Notes under the pieces: model-generated
What the model was told of the DNA's origin: nothing
What the model saw: the letters and a program-made list of their open reading frames with translations, nothing else
Databases searched by the model: none
Shown: one piece after another, positions 29,087 to 37,256 of the stretch
Position numbering within the stretch: position 1 is the first letter of the stretch
How the letters are laid out: every line of letters starts with the position of its first letter
Source of the DNA: a virus
Length of the DNA stretch: 64,000 bases
Reading direction: 5' to 3' (one strand)
IMG/VR virus record: IMGVR_UViG_3300042539_001764
Coordinates: 4,094 to 68,093 of that record
Made by a program: the position numbers and the translations under genes

Positions 29087-29443
29087 TTGCTAGTCCTCCG
29101 CTTTTCCACCGTGACCGTCAGATTCAACCATTTATTGCCAGGGCAGCCCGTTTCTGCGTTTAAAGACGGAGAATTGGCCATGAGCTTTGGGCAGCCCATG
29201 GTTTCTCGCTCCTTTTCCATGGCAGATTTGCAAGAATATATTTGCACTCTTGAAAAGGCCATTGAAGAAGAGCCTAATGTTGTACAACAACTAGCTCTTG
29301 ATCGTATTCGTTGTGCCTTTGTTGTAAGCCTGGACATTCTCAAGGAAAACCATGAGGAACTCTGCAAAGAAGCTCCTAGTGGCGCAGATTTTGAGGAATA
29401 TTTATTTTCTTATGCGCGTGCCATCAAAGGAGGAGCTCTTTGA
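29087..29443 (+). CDS. Hypothetical early protein
   Basis: Downstream of the promoter at 29014; likely GTG start near 29110. Confidence 0.5.
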   Translation: MLVLRFSTVTVRFNHLLPGQPVSAFKDGELAMSFGQPMVSRSFSMADLQEYICTLEKAIEEEPNVVQQLALDRIRCAFVVSLDILKENHEELCKEAPSGADFEEYLFSYARAIKGGAL

Positions 29444-29646
29444 TCATGGGATTTATTAAGAACCGTGAAGCAATTCGTGATTATGGCTACATTGAGCTTG
29501 GTATTGATTTTGGCAGGCGGATTACTGCTGAAGAAATCTTTGCCTTTGTAGAAGAAATTAGGGACAAAGTGGAAGGGCAAGCTGGCATTGATTATGCCGT
29601 AAGCTTGAAGACTATTGAACTTGACCATCCGCATAACTTGTCATGA
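29440..29646 (+). CDS. Hypothetical protein
   Basis: 68 aa, coupled to the upstream gene. Confidence 0.5.
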   Translation: MIMGFIKNREAIRDYGYIELGIDFGRRITAEEIFAFVEEIRDKVEGQAGIDYAVSLKTIELDHPHNLS

Positions 29647-29810
29647 TGGATGGAAATTATTTCGAGAATGATCCTTCTCTTGATTGGGAACAGGAAAAAC
29701 GCAGCTCTCGCCGTCTTGCAAGAGAAATGCTTGAACGTCGTTTAGCGTACTGGCGAGAAAAGCAAGAGCAGCTTTATTTAGAAATGTATCGTTCCGCCAC
29801 GAGTATTTAA
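29643..29810 (+). CDS. Hypothetical protein (55 aa)
   Basis: Manual translation; ATGA overlap. Confidence 0.45.
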   Translation: MMDGNYFENDPSLDWEQEKRSSRRLAREMLERRLAYWREKQEQLYLEMYRSATSI

Positions 29811-29813
29811 TTT

Positions 29814-30032
29814 TTGACAATGGAAAACAAAGAAATCATTCATCTTGCATACGAATATGCAGATTCATTTACAAGTGGCTTTATATTTAGCGAGGATAAT
29901 TTAATTGATTTTGCGAAGGCAATTTTAAATTATTCTGCAGCAATAAAGCCCCAGCCTTTTTATAAAGACGAATTCACTGAAAGCTACATTAAAGAGCTAG
30001 CAAGTTCTACACACTACGAGGTTCAACAATGA
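29814..30032 (+). CDS. Hypothetical protein
   Basis: 72 aa; IDFAKAIL motif. Confidence 0.5.
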   Translation: MTMENKEIIHLAYEYADSFTSGFIFSEDNLIDFAKAILNYSAAIKPQPFYKDEFTESYIKELASSTHYEVQQ

Positions 30033-30148
30033 CTCAAGAACACCCAATTACTCCGCCGCCTGAGCTACTCCGTCAGTGGCGCACGGACGCACAAGAGGTT
30101 TTGCCGAGTGATTCTTACTTTTACATCGCCACCCAAGCCGCCCGATGA
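30029..30148 (+). CDS. Short, possibly truncated protein MTQEHPITPPPELL... (39 aa)
   Basis: Manual translation; ATGA overlaps on both sides. Confidence 0.45.
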   Translation: MTQEHPITPPPELLRQWRTDAQEVLPSDSYFYIATQAAR

Positions 30149-30663
30149 CTGATTACACAGCAACGACCGATCAATGGGCCGACACGGAGCATTGGGCTCG
30201 GCACAACGGCAACGCTCAAGCTTGCATCCTTGAACTCCGCGCCAGAATCGAGGTGCTAGAAAATGCGGCTCAGAAGCACATCGTCGAAACCACTTCAAAC
30301 ATTCTTGCCTTATTTGGACGGGTTGAATCGTTAGAAGCTGCTGAACGCCAAACATCAACGGTCCACCAGATCAGCAAACCTCTGAAACTTACTGCAAAGC
30401 AGCAGGCAGAGTTAAAAGCATTGCTGACGCCCGATTTTAGGGTTGGCATGACGCCAACTTCTACTTCAAGCCAAGTTGGTAGTTCGCTAGTGGATGAGGT
30501 AGCCCGTGCCATTGGTCGAGACGATGAACCCATCAACTGGGAGGAAGAAGCCCGCGCTGCGATCCGCACGGTTGCCTTGTGGCTTAACGAAGCTCCGTTG
30601 CATCTTTACCCCGGTGATCGCGGCACCATTGTCAATACTCTTTATGACCAAGCGAATCAATGA
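30145..30663 (+). CDS. Hypothetical, apparently modular protein
   Basis: 172 aa; CILELRARIEVLE coiled segment plus EARAAIR.VA.WL segment. Confidence 0.6.
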   Translation: MTDYTATTDQWADTEHWARHNGNAQACILELRARIEVLENAAQKHIVETTSNILALFGRVESLEAAERQTSTVHQISKPLKLTAKQQAELKALLTPDFRVGMTPTSTSSQVGSSLVDEVARAIGRDDEPINWEEEARAAIRTVALWLNEAPLHLYPGDRGTIVNTLYDQANQ

Positions 30664-30842
30664 ATGACTTCAAATTTGTGCCACTGAACAGCCTTGAGAA
30701 TCGCCTCGGTGATGCCCTCGGCCTTGCCATTGCCATGATCCGCGACCCAAGCACCGTGGACAACAAAACCATGGCTCAGATAGAAGCACCATTCAAGGAA
30801 TGGTGCGATGGTCTCGTTGATGGAGGTCTATTCAATGACTGA
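30660..30842 (+). CDS. Hypothetical protein
   Basis: 60 aa; ATGA overlap. Confidence 0.55.
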   Translation: MNDFKFVPLNSLENRLGDALGLAIAMIRDPSTVDNKTMAQIEAPFKEWCDGLVDGGLFND

Positions 30843-30892
30843 CATCTTTCCGCCGTGCTCTTGAGTCCCTGCCCGATTAGTCAACATCACTA

Positions 30893-31069
30893 ATGACTGA
30901 CCAACAAATTATCCAGGCGGCACGCGAAGCCGGTCTTTGCTTTCCAACTTGTTGGAGCTTGATAGCCCCTTGGGATCCCACCAGAGACGTCAGCGACGAG
31001 TGGGGTGGCTACGAGCAAGGACAGATGGATAAGCTGCGCCACTTTGCTGAACTGATCAAAGCCTCCTAG
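30893..31069 (+). CDS. Cassette gene (58 aa)
   Basis: ATG directly after the ACTA arm; its stop TAG is the left arm of the next site. Confidence 0.6.
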   Translation: MTDQQIIQAAREAGLCFPTCWSLIAPWDPTRDVSDEWGGYEQGQMDKLRHFAELIKAS

Positions 31070-31086
31070 TCCACCTCGCTAAGACC

Positions 31087-31296
31087 ATGACTGAACTATC
31101 TCCCGCCGCGCAGGCGGTGTTGAAAGCAGCCTGCATCCACCACGGTTTATTCAACGAAGAAATCGTGCAGCGTCGTCGTATGGTTGCCGCCGTCCTGCGG
31201 GCTGCTGCGGATCAGGTGGTCATCAAACTGGCAGGGCTTGGACAAGAAAGCGCCTGGTATCTGGAAGAGATCGCCACCGAGCTTGAAGCCCAGTAG
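31087..31296 (+). CDS. Cassette gene (69 aa)
   Basis: MTELSPAAQAVL...AAVLRAAADQV...IATELEAQ; stop TAG lies within a site. Confidence 0.65.
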   Translation: MTELSPAAQAVLKAACIHHGLFNEEIVQRRRMVAAVLRAAADQVVIKLAGLGQESAWYLEEIATELEAQ

Positions 31297-31317
31297 TCCG
31301 ATCAACTAACCACCACC

Positions 31318-31503
31318 ATGACCTTACCAACCAACAGCATTATCTTTCGCGCAGGTCGTGTCCCCGATGAAGTCATCCGCATCGACGCCGAAGGCTTCCA
31401 CTACCGAGGCCAGTTCATTGAAGATGCAGGAGAAGCCCACCGCCTGCTGGTGGAGTTTCTACGCAAGCACCAGCCAGATACTGACTGGAAACACGCCAAG
31501 TAG
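31318..31503 (+). CDS. Cassette gene (61 aa)
   Basis: EGFHYRGQFIEDAGEAHRL; stop TAG lies within a site. Confidence 0.65.
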   Translation: MTLPTNSIIFRAGRVPDEVIRIDAEGFHYRGQFIEDAGEAHRLLVEFLRKHQPDTDWKHAK

Positions 31504-31573
31504 TCAGACCCACCTCTAGCTTTTTGCTAATTATCAGGATTTCCAATAAACGCCATTTATCAGGATTCTTGAT

Positions 31574-31600
31574 AAGGCCCCTTAAGGGGCCTTATTATTT
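31574..31600 (+). terminator. Hairpin terminator closing the cassette array
   Basis: AAGGCCCC-TTAA-GGGGCCTT-ATTATTT. Confidence 0.6.
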
Positions 31601-31789
31601 GTCCAAACCGTATCACCTGGCAATGGTTCAAGACCTACGTTCCAAGTATCAAAATCATCTTCGTTGCGAGGATCGTAAACTTCCCCGCTCGCCATCCATC
31701 GCTTAAGCCTTTCCCTTTCCTGCTCCGCAGAAAGCTTCATGATCGGCTAGCTCTGTATTGCCCGAGTCTAGCTAGCCCCGTATAAGCAA

Positions 31790-31996
31790 AAGAAAAGGGG
31801 CCTTGCGGCCCCCTCTCTTTACACCCTCCGATACCTCGCTTTCCCTTCAGTTACATAGGGAGATGACGCGCCTCGCGGGAGACCATGCCTAGCTCCCTGG
31901 CTAAGCCATACGGCTTTGCCCGCATCATCAGAAGTGTCCACCCTCACGGCTCGCCCGAAGACGAGAGCAGCAATTAAGCCGCTAGGACCGAGTGCT
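31790..31996 (-). ncRNA. Candidate stand-alone structured ncRNA (~200 nt)
   Basis: Own extended -10 (TGtTATGAT, 32010-32002), multiple stems including a UUCG loop, own terminator, no ORF in the track. Confidence 0.65.
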
Positions 31997-32107
31997 CAGA
32001 AATCATAACACGCCAGGTCCGTTCGGCAGCTCCCTGGAAATTCATGGCACAATGGGCATTGCGCTTCCAGAGATGGTTGCGCCCTCGCTAGCTCTCTCTC
32101 CTTCTTA

Positions 32108-32458
32108 ATGAAACGACTTTTTCTTTCCTTCCTGCTGCTCTGCCCCTTATCAGTGCAGGCAGCAACGCTCCAATGTGGCCGTGCATCTCACTACGGCATT
32201 GGCGATGGCTATCACGGGCAACGTGCTGCTAATGGTTCCCGCTTTGATGCCTATGCCCTCACTGCTGCCCACCCCTGGCTTCCATTTGGCACGAAAGTGC
32301 TTGTAAAGAACCGTAACAATGGAAAGGCCGTGGCGGTGACAATCACTGATAGAGGCCCTTACGCTCATGGGCGCATCCTCGATCTGTCTTACGGCAGCTT
32401 CTCTCGCATTGCTTCCCCTTCCCAAGGCGAAGCTTCCATCTGCATTTCCAAACTATGA
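32108..32458 (+). CDS. RlpA-like lytic transglycosylase (DPBB domain) with signal peptide
   Basis: G.AS.YG...ANG..FD...LTAAH..LPFGT...V.V.ITDRGP....RILDLS. Confidence 0.88.
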   Translation: MKRLFLSFLLLCPLSVQAATLQCGRASHYGIGDGYHGQRAANGSRFDAYALTAAHPWLPFGTKVLVKNRNNGKAVAVTITDRGPYAHGRILDLSYGSFSRIASPSQGEASICISKL

Positions 32459-32643
32459 AAGACGCTGCTTCGTTCCTGCTGGTGAGCATGGTCTTCGGAC
32501 TTGGTGCTTTCGCCATTGCTGCAGCCCCTCATGTGCAGCCAAACAAGGCAGGCCTTGACAAGTGCATGCAGCTTCACCCCGAACGCTACTGTCGCATTGC
32601 TAACGGCTTCCCCGTACCAAGGTTTGACACCCAGGCTAAATAG
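32455..32643 (+). CDS. Small membrane/secreted protein
   Basis: TM segment followed by C..LHPERYC. Confidence 0.5.
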   Translation: MKDAASFLLVSMVFGLGAFAIAAAPHVQPNKAGLDKCMQLHPERYCRIANGFPVPRFDTQAK

Positions 32644-32723
32644 CTCTATTATCCCCTCGGAATGTTCGCAAGGCCCTTCGGGGCCTGCTTCTTTCTTCGA
32701 TCCTCCGCTGGCGACAGCTCCTC

Positions 32724-33137
32724 ATGACTACCACCACCAAATCATCAGGGCATTTTCGCATCACGCAGAAAGCCCAAGAGCATCTCGGTCTGCAAGTGCT
32801 AAACGTGCTTCAGCACGTTGTAGTGATTCGCACTAACAAAGGCCCTCGTTTCGTCTCTCGCAAATACTATTTCGATGCATGGGAGATCGCCCAGCGTCGT
32901 TCACGCGCTCGTGGTTGCATCGCCCAGAAAAATGGCGAGCATTCCTGGCTGGTGTTTGATCCGCACACTGATAGCGATCACCACATTGTCATTCAGCATG
33001 GCATGAACACTGGCAAAGCTGGATATTATTCTTGCACTTGTGCTGATGCCTATTTTCAGCATGAGCGTGGCATTGAAGCTGATGCCATTCAATGCAAGCA
33101 CATCATTGCGGCTCAAATGTGGATGGAAAGGGCATGA
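32724..33137 (+). CDS. SWIM zinc-finger protein
   Basis: CTCAD...CKHI. Confidence 0.7.
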   Translation: MTTTTKSSGHFRITQKAQEHLGLQVLNVLQHVVVIRTNKGPRFVSRKYYFDAWEIAQRRSRARGCIAQKNGEHSWLVFDPHTDSDHHIVIQHGMNTGKAGYYSCTCADAYFQHERGIEADAIQCKHIIAAQMWMERA

Positions 33138-33349
33138 TGCGCTGGTTTCGTCGTCCCAATAGAAAGTCTGTCATTTCCAACAAAACTCGCGTGCTGTTGT
33201 CTCAGCATTTACGCCCAGAAGGAAGGCCGGTAGCAGAAGCCTTAATGGAAGAAGATGGCGTAATGCTTGAGCGTCTCTTTAATTACATTGGTGATCTGGA
33301 AGGTCGCATTAAAAGTCTGTCAATTTACATTCACTCTCGCAATCTTTGA
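33092..33349 (+). CDS. Hypothetical protein
   Basis: Likely start near 33134 (MMRWF...). Confidence 0.45.
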   Translation: MQAHHCGSNVDGKGMMRWFRRPNRKSVISNKTRVLLSQHLRPEGRPVAEALMEEDGVMLERLFNYIGDLEGRIKSLSIYIHSRNL

Positions 33350-33352
33350 ACC

Positions 33353-33559
33353 ATGCCTCTCACAACCACGCAACAGGCTATTGCCAGAATGGTTTCTGAC
33401 AATGCGAAGCACAAATGGAAAACTTACGATGCAAATGATCGCGCTTCTGCTCGCAGCTTCATTCTTTCTCGCATTGATAAACCCTCTTATAAAAGCAAGA
33501 AAGACTTACTCCTGACGCTTGCTGATGCCTTGCAAGATGAAATTTGGAAAGTGCTCTAG
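33353..33559 (+). CDS. Hypothetical protein
   Basis: 68 aa. Confidence 0.55.
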   Translation: MPLTTTQQAIARMVSDNAKHKWKTYDANDRASARSFILSRIDKPSYKSKKDLLLTLADALQDEIWKVL

Positions 33560-33750
33560 TGGCGCTTAAAGACAATAGGCGACAATTATTTGCGCTCGTT
33601 GAAAAGCATGGCTTTGCCTTGCATCGTCAAGGAAAGCATTATATTTTCAAGCATTTTTCAGGCAAAATGCTAGTGTGTAGCAAAAGCACAACAGACTGGC
33701 GAAGCTTAAAGAATGTAGAGCGTGATATTAAGCGAATCTTGTCTTTGTAA
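33559..33750 (+). CDS. HicA-like protein
   Basis: GF.L.RQGKH.IFKH..G...V.SKS..D.R..KN....IKR. Confidence 0.65.
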   Translation: MALKDNRRQLFALVEKHGFALHRQGKHYIFKHFSGKMLVCSKSTTDWRSLKNVERDIKRILSL

Positions 33751-33836
33751 CGTTTTATAACAAGGGGCCAACAAGGCCCCTTTCTCGTGTATTGTTGCAA
33801 GGTCTTCGGCAGCGATGCCGCCCTCCATTAAGCACC

Positions 33837-34010
33837 ATGGAATTTCTTCCGATTAAGCGTTCTTCACGAACTGGTAAAAGCGGCAGGTTTATTCGTTGCC
33901 CTCATTGCGGCCACATTGAGCTCGTGCATCATTTTGCATGGTCTGCACTTTCTTGCTCTAATTGCAACGCAATGGTTTCTAAGTTTGATTACACAATGGA
34001 GAGCAAGTGA
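33837..34010 (+). CDS. Zinc-ribbon protein
   Basis: CPHC...HFAWSAL.CSNC; start reassigned downstream of the promoter. Confidence 0.65.
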   Translation: MEFLPIKRSSRTGKSGRFIRCPHCGHIELVHHFAWSALSCSNCNAMVSKFDYTMESK

Positions 34011-34273
34011 TTATGACAACAATTCCTACCATCCATCTCAATGGCACTGGCGCCACCACGCTGCGTGATGAATACGCTGCTGCTTACGATGCCATCGGCA
34101 AGGCAGTAGATGCGTTAGTAGCAGCTACGTGCAACGCTCGCGATTTTTATCCGCAGGGCACTGATGCCTACTACAAAGCTCGTGATGAGCGTGCAGAAGC
34201 TTTCGACAAGCTTCGCCAGGCGCAACGCTATGTGGGCGAAATGCTCATGGGCATTTGCGACCAAATGCCCTGA
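34007..34273 (+). CDS. Hypothetical protein
   Basis: PTIHLNGTG...NARDFYPQG..AY..AR. Confidence 0.65.
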   Translation: MIMTTIPTIHLNGTGATTLRDEYAAAYDAIGKAVDALVAATCNARDFYPQGTDAYYKARDERAEAFDKLRQAQRYVGEMLMGICDQMP

Positions 34274-34389
34274 AGCCAGAGCTGAGCTAGGCTTCACGAG
34301 GCCTAGCTCTCACAGCGTGCTCTATCGCTGGTAACGCCCCATGAAGAAATCATTGGGAGCCCATATCCTACAGTATTTCTTAAGAAATT

Positions 34390-34590
34390 ATGCCCTTTCC
34401 CATTGGTACTCTCGTCGATCTCTACGATTTTGGCTTCAAACAATGGAGAGGAGAATACATAGTGGTGAAGCTGGGCGATAACGGCTTGCATAAGATCAAA
34501 AATACCAAGACCAATAGCCAGCAATTCGTTAAAGAAAAAGCTTTGCGCATGGGCAGGCTCGCTCCTTTTCGCATTGAGAGCCTTTATTAA
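34390..34590 (+). CDS. Hypothetical SH3-like small protein
   Basis: 66 aa, beta-rich. Confidence 0.5.
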   Translation: MPFPIGTLVDLYDFGFKQWRGEYIVVKLGDNGLHKIKNTKTNSQQFVKEKALRMGRLAPFRIESLY

Positions 34591-34677
34591 GCTGTGTAAC
34601 AGGCCTCGATAGAGGCCCTGCCATGCTGTATTGTTCTTCCCACAGGCGGAGACGCCTCCTCTAACCAACCATCCACC

Positions 34678-35064
34678 ATGACTGCCATCGCTCCCCCTCT
34701 CCAGGGCACCATCCTTCAGCCCGGCACCATACTCTCCAACTCCTGGGGTTATTCCATGACCATCGTTGATTTTTATGTGGTAGTGCGTTGCACGGAGAAA
34801 ACTGCCTGGGTGCAGCAAATCCAAAGCCATGAAGTGGACAAAGGGCCTGCTGGTGGCTATGCAGTGCCCGAACTCACTCGCAAGCCATTGATGGTCTTCC
34901 AGAATCGTGCCGATGGTGAAGGTGGTGAGCTAGTGGTGGCTCCGATTAAGAGCTTTCGCATCAGGAAAGACACCGATGGCACTGAATGGCTGTGGAACAG
35001 CAAACTTCAGCGCTCCATGCGCATCTGGAGCGGCAAGCAGATCTACAGCAACCACTGGGACTGA
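34678..35064 (+). CDS. Hypothetical early protein
   Basis: G.IL..SWGY.MT.VDFY.VV motif; downstream of a promoter. Confidence 0.7.
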   Translation: MTAIAPPLQGTILQPGTILSNSWGYSMTIVDFYVVVRCTEKTAWVQQIQSHEVDKGPAGGYAVPELTRKPLMVFQNRADGEGGELVVAPIKSFRIRKDTDGTEWLWNSKLQRSMRIWSGKQIYSNHWD

Positions 35065-35171
35065 TCTTTGTAACGAAATATTTCAATGCAGGAGCGGGGC
35101 CGAAAGGCCCTGCTTTGTCGTGCTGTATAGTTCTCTCATGAGCGGCGACGCTCTTCCTTCGCTTTCCTTCC

Positions 35172-35552
35172 ATGGCAATCATTAACCACTCTGTCGAGCA
35201 GCTCACCGGCCCCGGTTACTGGACCAAATTTGAAGGGCTTGAGCGCGTGAAGCTCACTATTACTGTGCCCTCCTGGCACGAGCCCTTCCCTTCTCAACAA
35301 AGAGCAGGAGCTGAAGATCCTCGCTCTCTTGAGCTACACGGCCTCCTCCACGTTTGCCAAACTTGGTACATCAATGGTCCCGTGATGGATCAATGGACCA
35401 TCAGCACTATGTGGGGGCCAATCAAGGTGCCTGCTGGCACTCGCATTGTTTCGGAGCCCCTGCCTGAGAAGTGGGCAGCATGGGAGCAGGAGGCCAGTGA
35501 AGGCACCAAGCAATGGTGGGCCTATTCCAACGGACGCACGGCCTTCTGTTAA
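35172..35552 (+). CDS. Hypothetical early protein
   Basis: 126 aa; downstream of a promoter. Confidence 0.65.
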   Translation: MAIINHSVEQLTGPGYWTKFEGLERVKLTITVPSWHEPFPSQQRAGAEDPRSLELHGLLHVCQTWYINGPVMDQWTISTMWGPIKVPAGTRIVSEPLPEKWAAWEQEASEGTKQWWAYSNGRTAFC

Positions 35553-35635
35553 GCATTGTTACAACGGGGCCGATTACGGCCCCCTTCAGACTATTGTTTT
35601 TCCATGAGGCGCGAGCCTCTCTCGCTTTTAAAACC

Positions 35636-35845
35636 ATGATCCTCAACGAAACCCAAGCAAAAGCACTGCAGCTCGTCGCTAACGCTGAGCTACGCACGCC
35701 AGAACAAATGCTTTCTCTTCTCCTCGCAGAAGGCATTCGATTTTATTTTTGTGACTACGAAAGCCCGTTCGGTCACGTAGATCTTGATGCAGACGCAGTT
35801 GAAAGACTTCTTCGTGCAGACGCCATGCGTTGCGTACAGGGCTAA
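35636..35845 (+). CDS. Hypothetical early protein
   Basis: Start reassigned downstream of the promoter. Confidence 0.55.
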   Translation: MILNETQAKALQLVANAELRTPEQMLSLLLAEGIRFYFCDYESPFGHVDLDADAVERLLRADAMRCVQG

Positions 35846-35865
35846 TTCAATTCTTCCTTAAAACA

Positions 35866-36045
35866 ATGCACACTTACTCCGTTACCATTGAACACCGCTA
35901 CGGTGGCATTTACAAAAACTGGCAAACTATCAACTTGGATGCCACTAGCGAAGAAGAAGCAAAAAAGCTTGCAGAATATCGCTTCCCTGAATGTTGGGAC
36001 GTAGAAGCAATCCGCGCCATCCGCCACGAATGGGCTGCACTATGA
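35866..36045 (+). CDS. Hypothetical protein
   Basis: A.SEEEAKKLA motif. Confidence 0.55.
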   Translation: MHTYSVTIEHRYGGIYKNWQTINLDATSEEEAKKLAEYRFPECWDVEAIRAIRHEWAAL

Positions 36046-36278
36046 CAGCTCTACAGTCTGGGCTCACTATCAATCAACGCAATCTTCTGCTCTACTATTT
36101 AAACCACAAGAAAAAGCATGGCGATAAACCATGCCATGTGCCAAGATTTCCTTCGCAAGTTAGTCGGTTTTCTGACTACTTGAGAGCGATGGAAAGGCTA
36201 GAGGAGCGCAAATTGCTTTGCATAGAACGGAATTCTGAAGATTATCTTTCCTGGACCATCGTTGACGCCGAATCATGA
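36042..36278 (+). CDS. Hypothetical, winged-helix-like protein
   Basis: LT.NQRNLL.Y...AMERLEERKLL. Confidence 0.5.
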   Translation: MTALQSGLTINQRNLLLYYLNHKKKHGDKPCHVPRFPSQVSRFSDYLRAMERLEERKLLCIERNSEDYLSWTIVDAES

Positions 36279-36577
36279 TCACCACCATCAAGACTTACCA
36301 AGACAACGGCCCATATTTCTCCTGCACCAAGGGCAGCTACCAGGCCGCTTCGCTGCAGCAGCTCATCTTCCACGTGAGACAGGCGATGGAAGACCGTGAG
36401 CACATCATTGGCATCTATGGGCCCGATGGCTCCTGCAGGGGCGTCTGGCAGCTTGATATCGAAGGGCACGTAGACAGTGCTGGCGATACCATCGTTGACC
36501 ATGAAGCCTATGAGCTGCTAAGGCCCTCGACTAAAAGCAGATGGACGTGGGACTTCCTACAAAGGCAACTGGCTTAA
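36275..36577 (+). CDS. Hypothetical protein
   Basis: 100 aa; ATGA overlap. Confidence 0.55.
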   Translation: MITTIKTYQDNGPYFSCTKGSYQAASLQQLIFHVRQAMEDREHIIGIYGPDGSCRGVWQLDIEGHVDSAGDTIVDHEAYELLRPSTKSRWTWDFLQRQLA

Positions 36578-36713
36578 TTGCAGGAGCATCTTGGATGCTC
36601 CCTTCCTGAACCTTGTTCAGGCATTGTTTCGCTTTGTTAACAAGGGGCCTCCAGGCCCCTTTCTGCTGTATTGTTGGTTCACGAGGCGCGAGCCTCTCCT
36701 CTGCTTTCTCACC

Positions 36714-36968
36714 ATGGAATTCCTTGTTAATACTGGCGGTCTGCTCATCAAGCACGATGAAGAGCAGCTTATTTCCCTCATCGCTCAGTTCATCAACGAA
36801 GGCAAGCCTGGCTCTGGCTTTTTCGTGCAAGGCGTAGCCTGCATTGCTAAGCACGAAGATGGCCAGATGATGATGGGCCGCAAAATAGAAACGCTCAGCC
36901 GCCTTTTCAATAAAACCAGCGACGATATCATGCACACGGTTAAGTGCTGGGCATCAGAGGCTGTTTAA
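36714..36968 (+). CDS. Hypothetical early protein
   Basis: Start reassigned downstream of the promoter. Confidence 0.55.
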   Translation: MEFLVNTGGLLIKHDEEQLISLIAQFINEGKPGSGFFVQGVACIAKHEDGQMMMGRKIETLSRLFNKTSDDIMHTVKCWASEAV

Positions 36969-37015
36969 TTAAGCAAAGGGGCGCCCCAAAGCGCCCCGTT
37001 CTCTTCTTTAAAACC

Positions 37016-37174
37016 ATGATTCTCATTGATTTCTTTGATGAAGCCTCCTGCAAAGGCACTGAACTCATTGAAGGCTGGTATTTCTACGATGATGCAGATG
37101 ATTCCGTAGTAGGCGGGCCGTTTTCCAATGAAGAAGCTGCCATAAAGGCGGCGTTTGATGGACACGGCTGGTGA
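37016..37174 (+). CDS. Hypothetical protein
   Basis: GWYF...GGPF..EEAA..AA. Confidence 0.6.
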   Translation: MILIDFFDEASCKGTELIEGWYFYDDADDSVVGGPFSNEEAAIKAAFDGHGW

Positions 37175-37179
37175 TGTAT

Positions 37180-37250
37180 AGTGGATCCGGCTGGAAGCGT
37201 ATAGGGTCTGGCTAGCTCCGTATCTAGGGTCCGGCTAGGGGCGTATCCTG
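37180..37250 (+). repeat. Three tandem GGCT(A/G)G-N3-CGTAT units
   Basis: Seen directly; similar units at 31745-31785. Confidence 0.65.
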
Positions 37251-37256
37251 GGAGGT

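Larger units (their letters stand above)
30002..31515. repeat. Array of TAGT-N7-ACTA sites delimiting small genes
   Basis: 30002 AAGTtctacacACTA; 30878 TAGTcaacatcACTA; 31067 TAGTccacctcGCTA; 31294 TAGTccgatcaACTA; 31501 TAGTcagacccACCT. Confidence 0.75.

Noticed and set aside
31900-31935. CUGAUGA in the ncRNA as a hammerhead core
   Set aside because: The following stem is not followed by the required GAAA.
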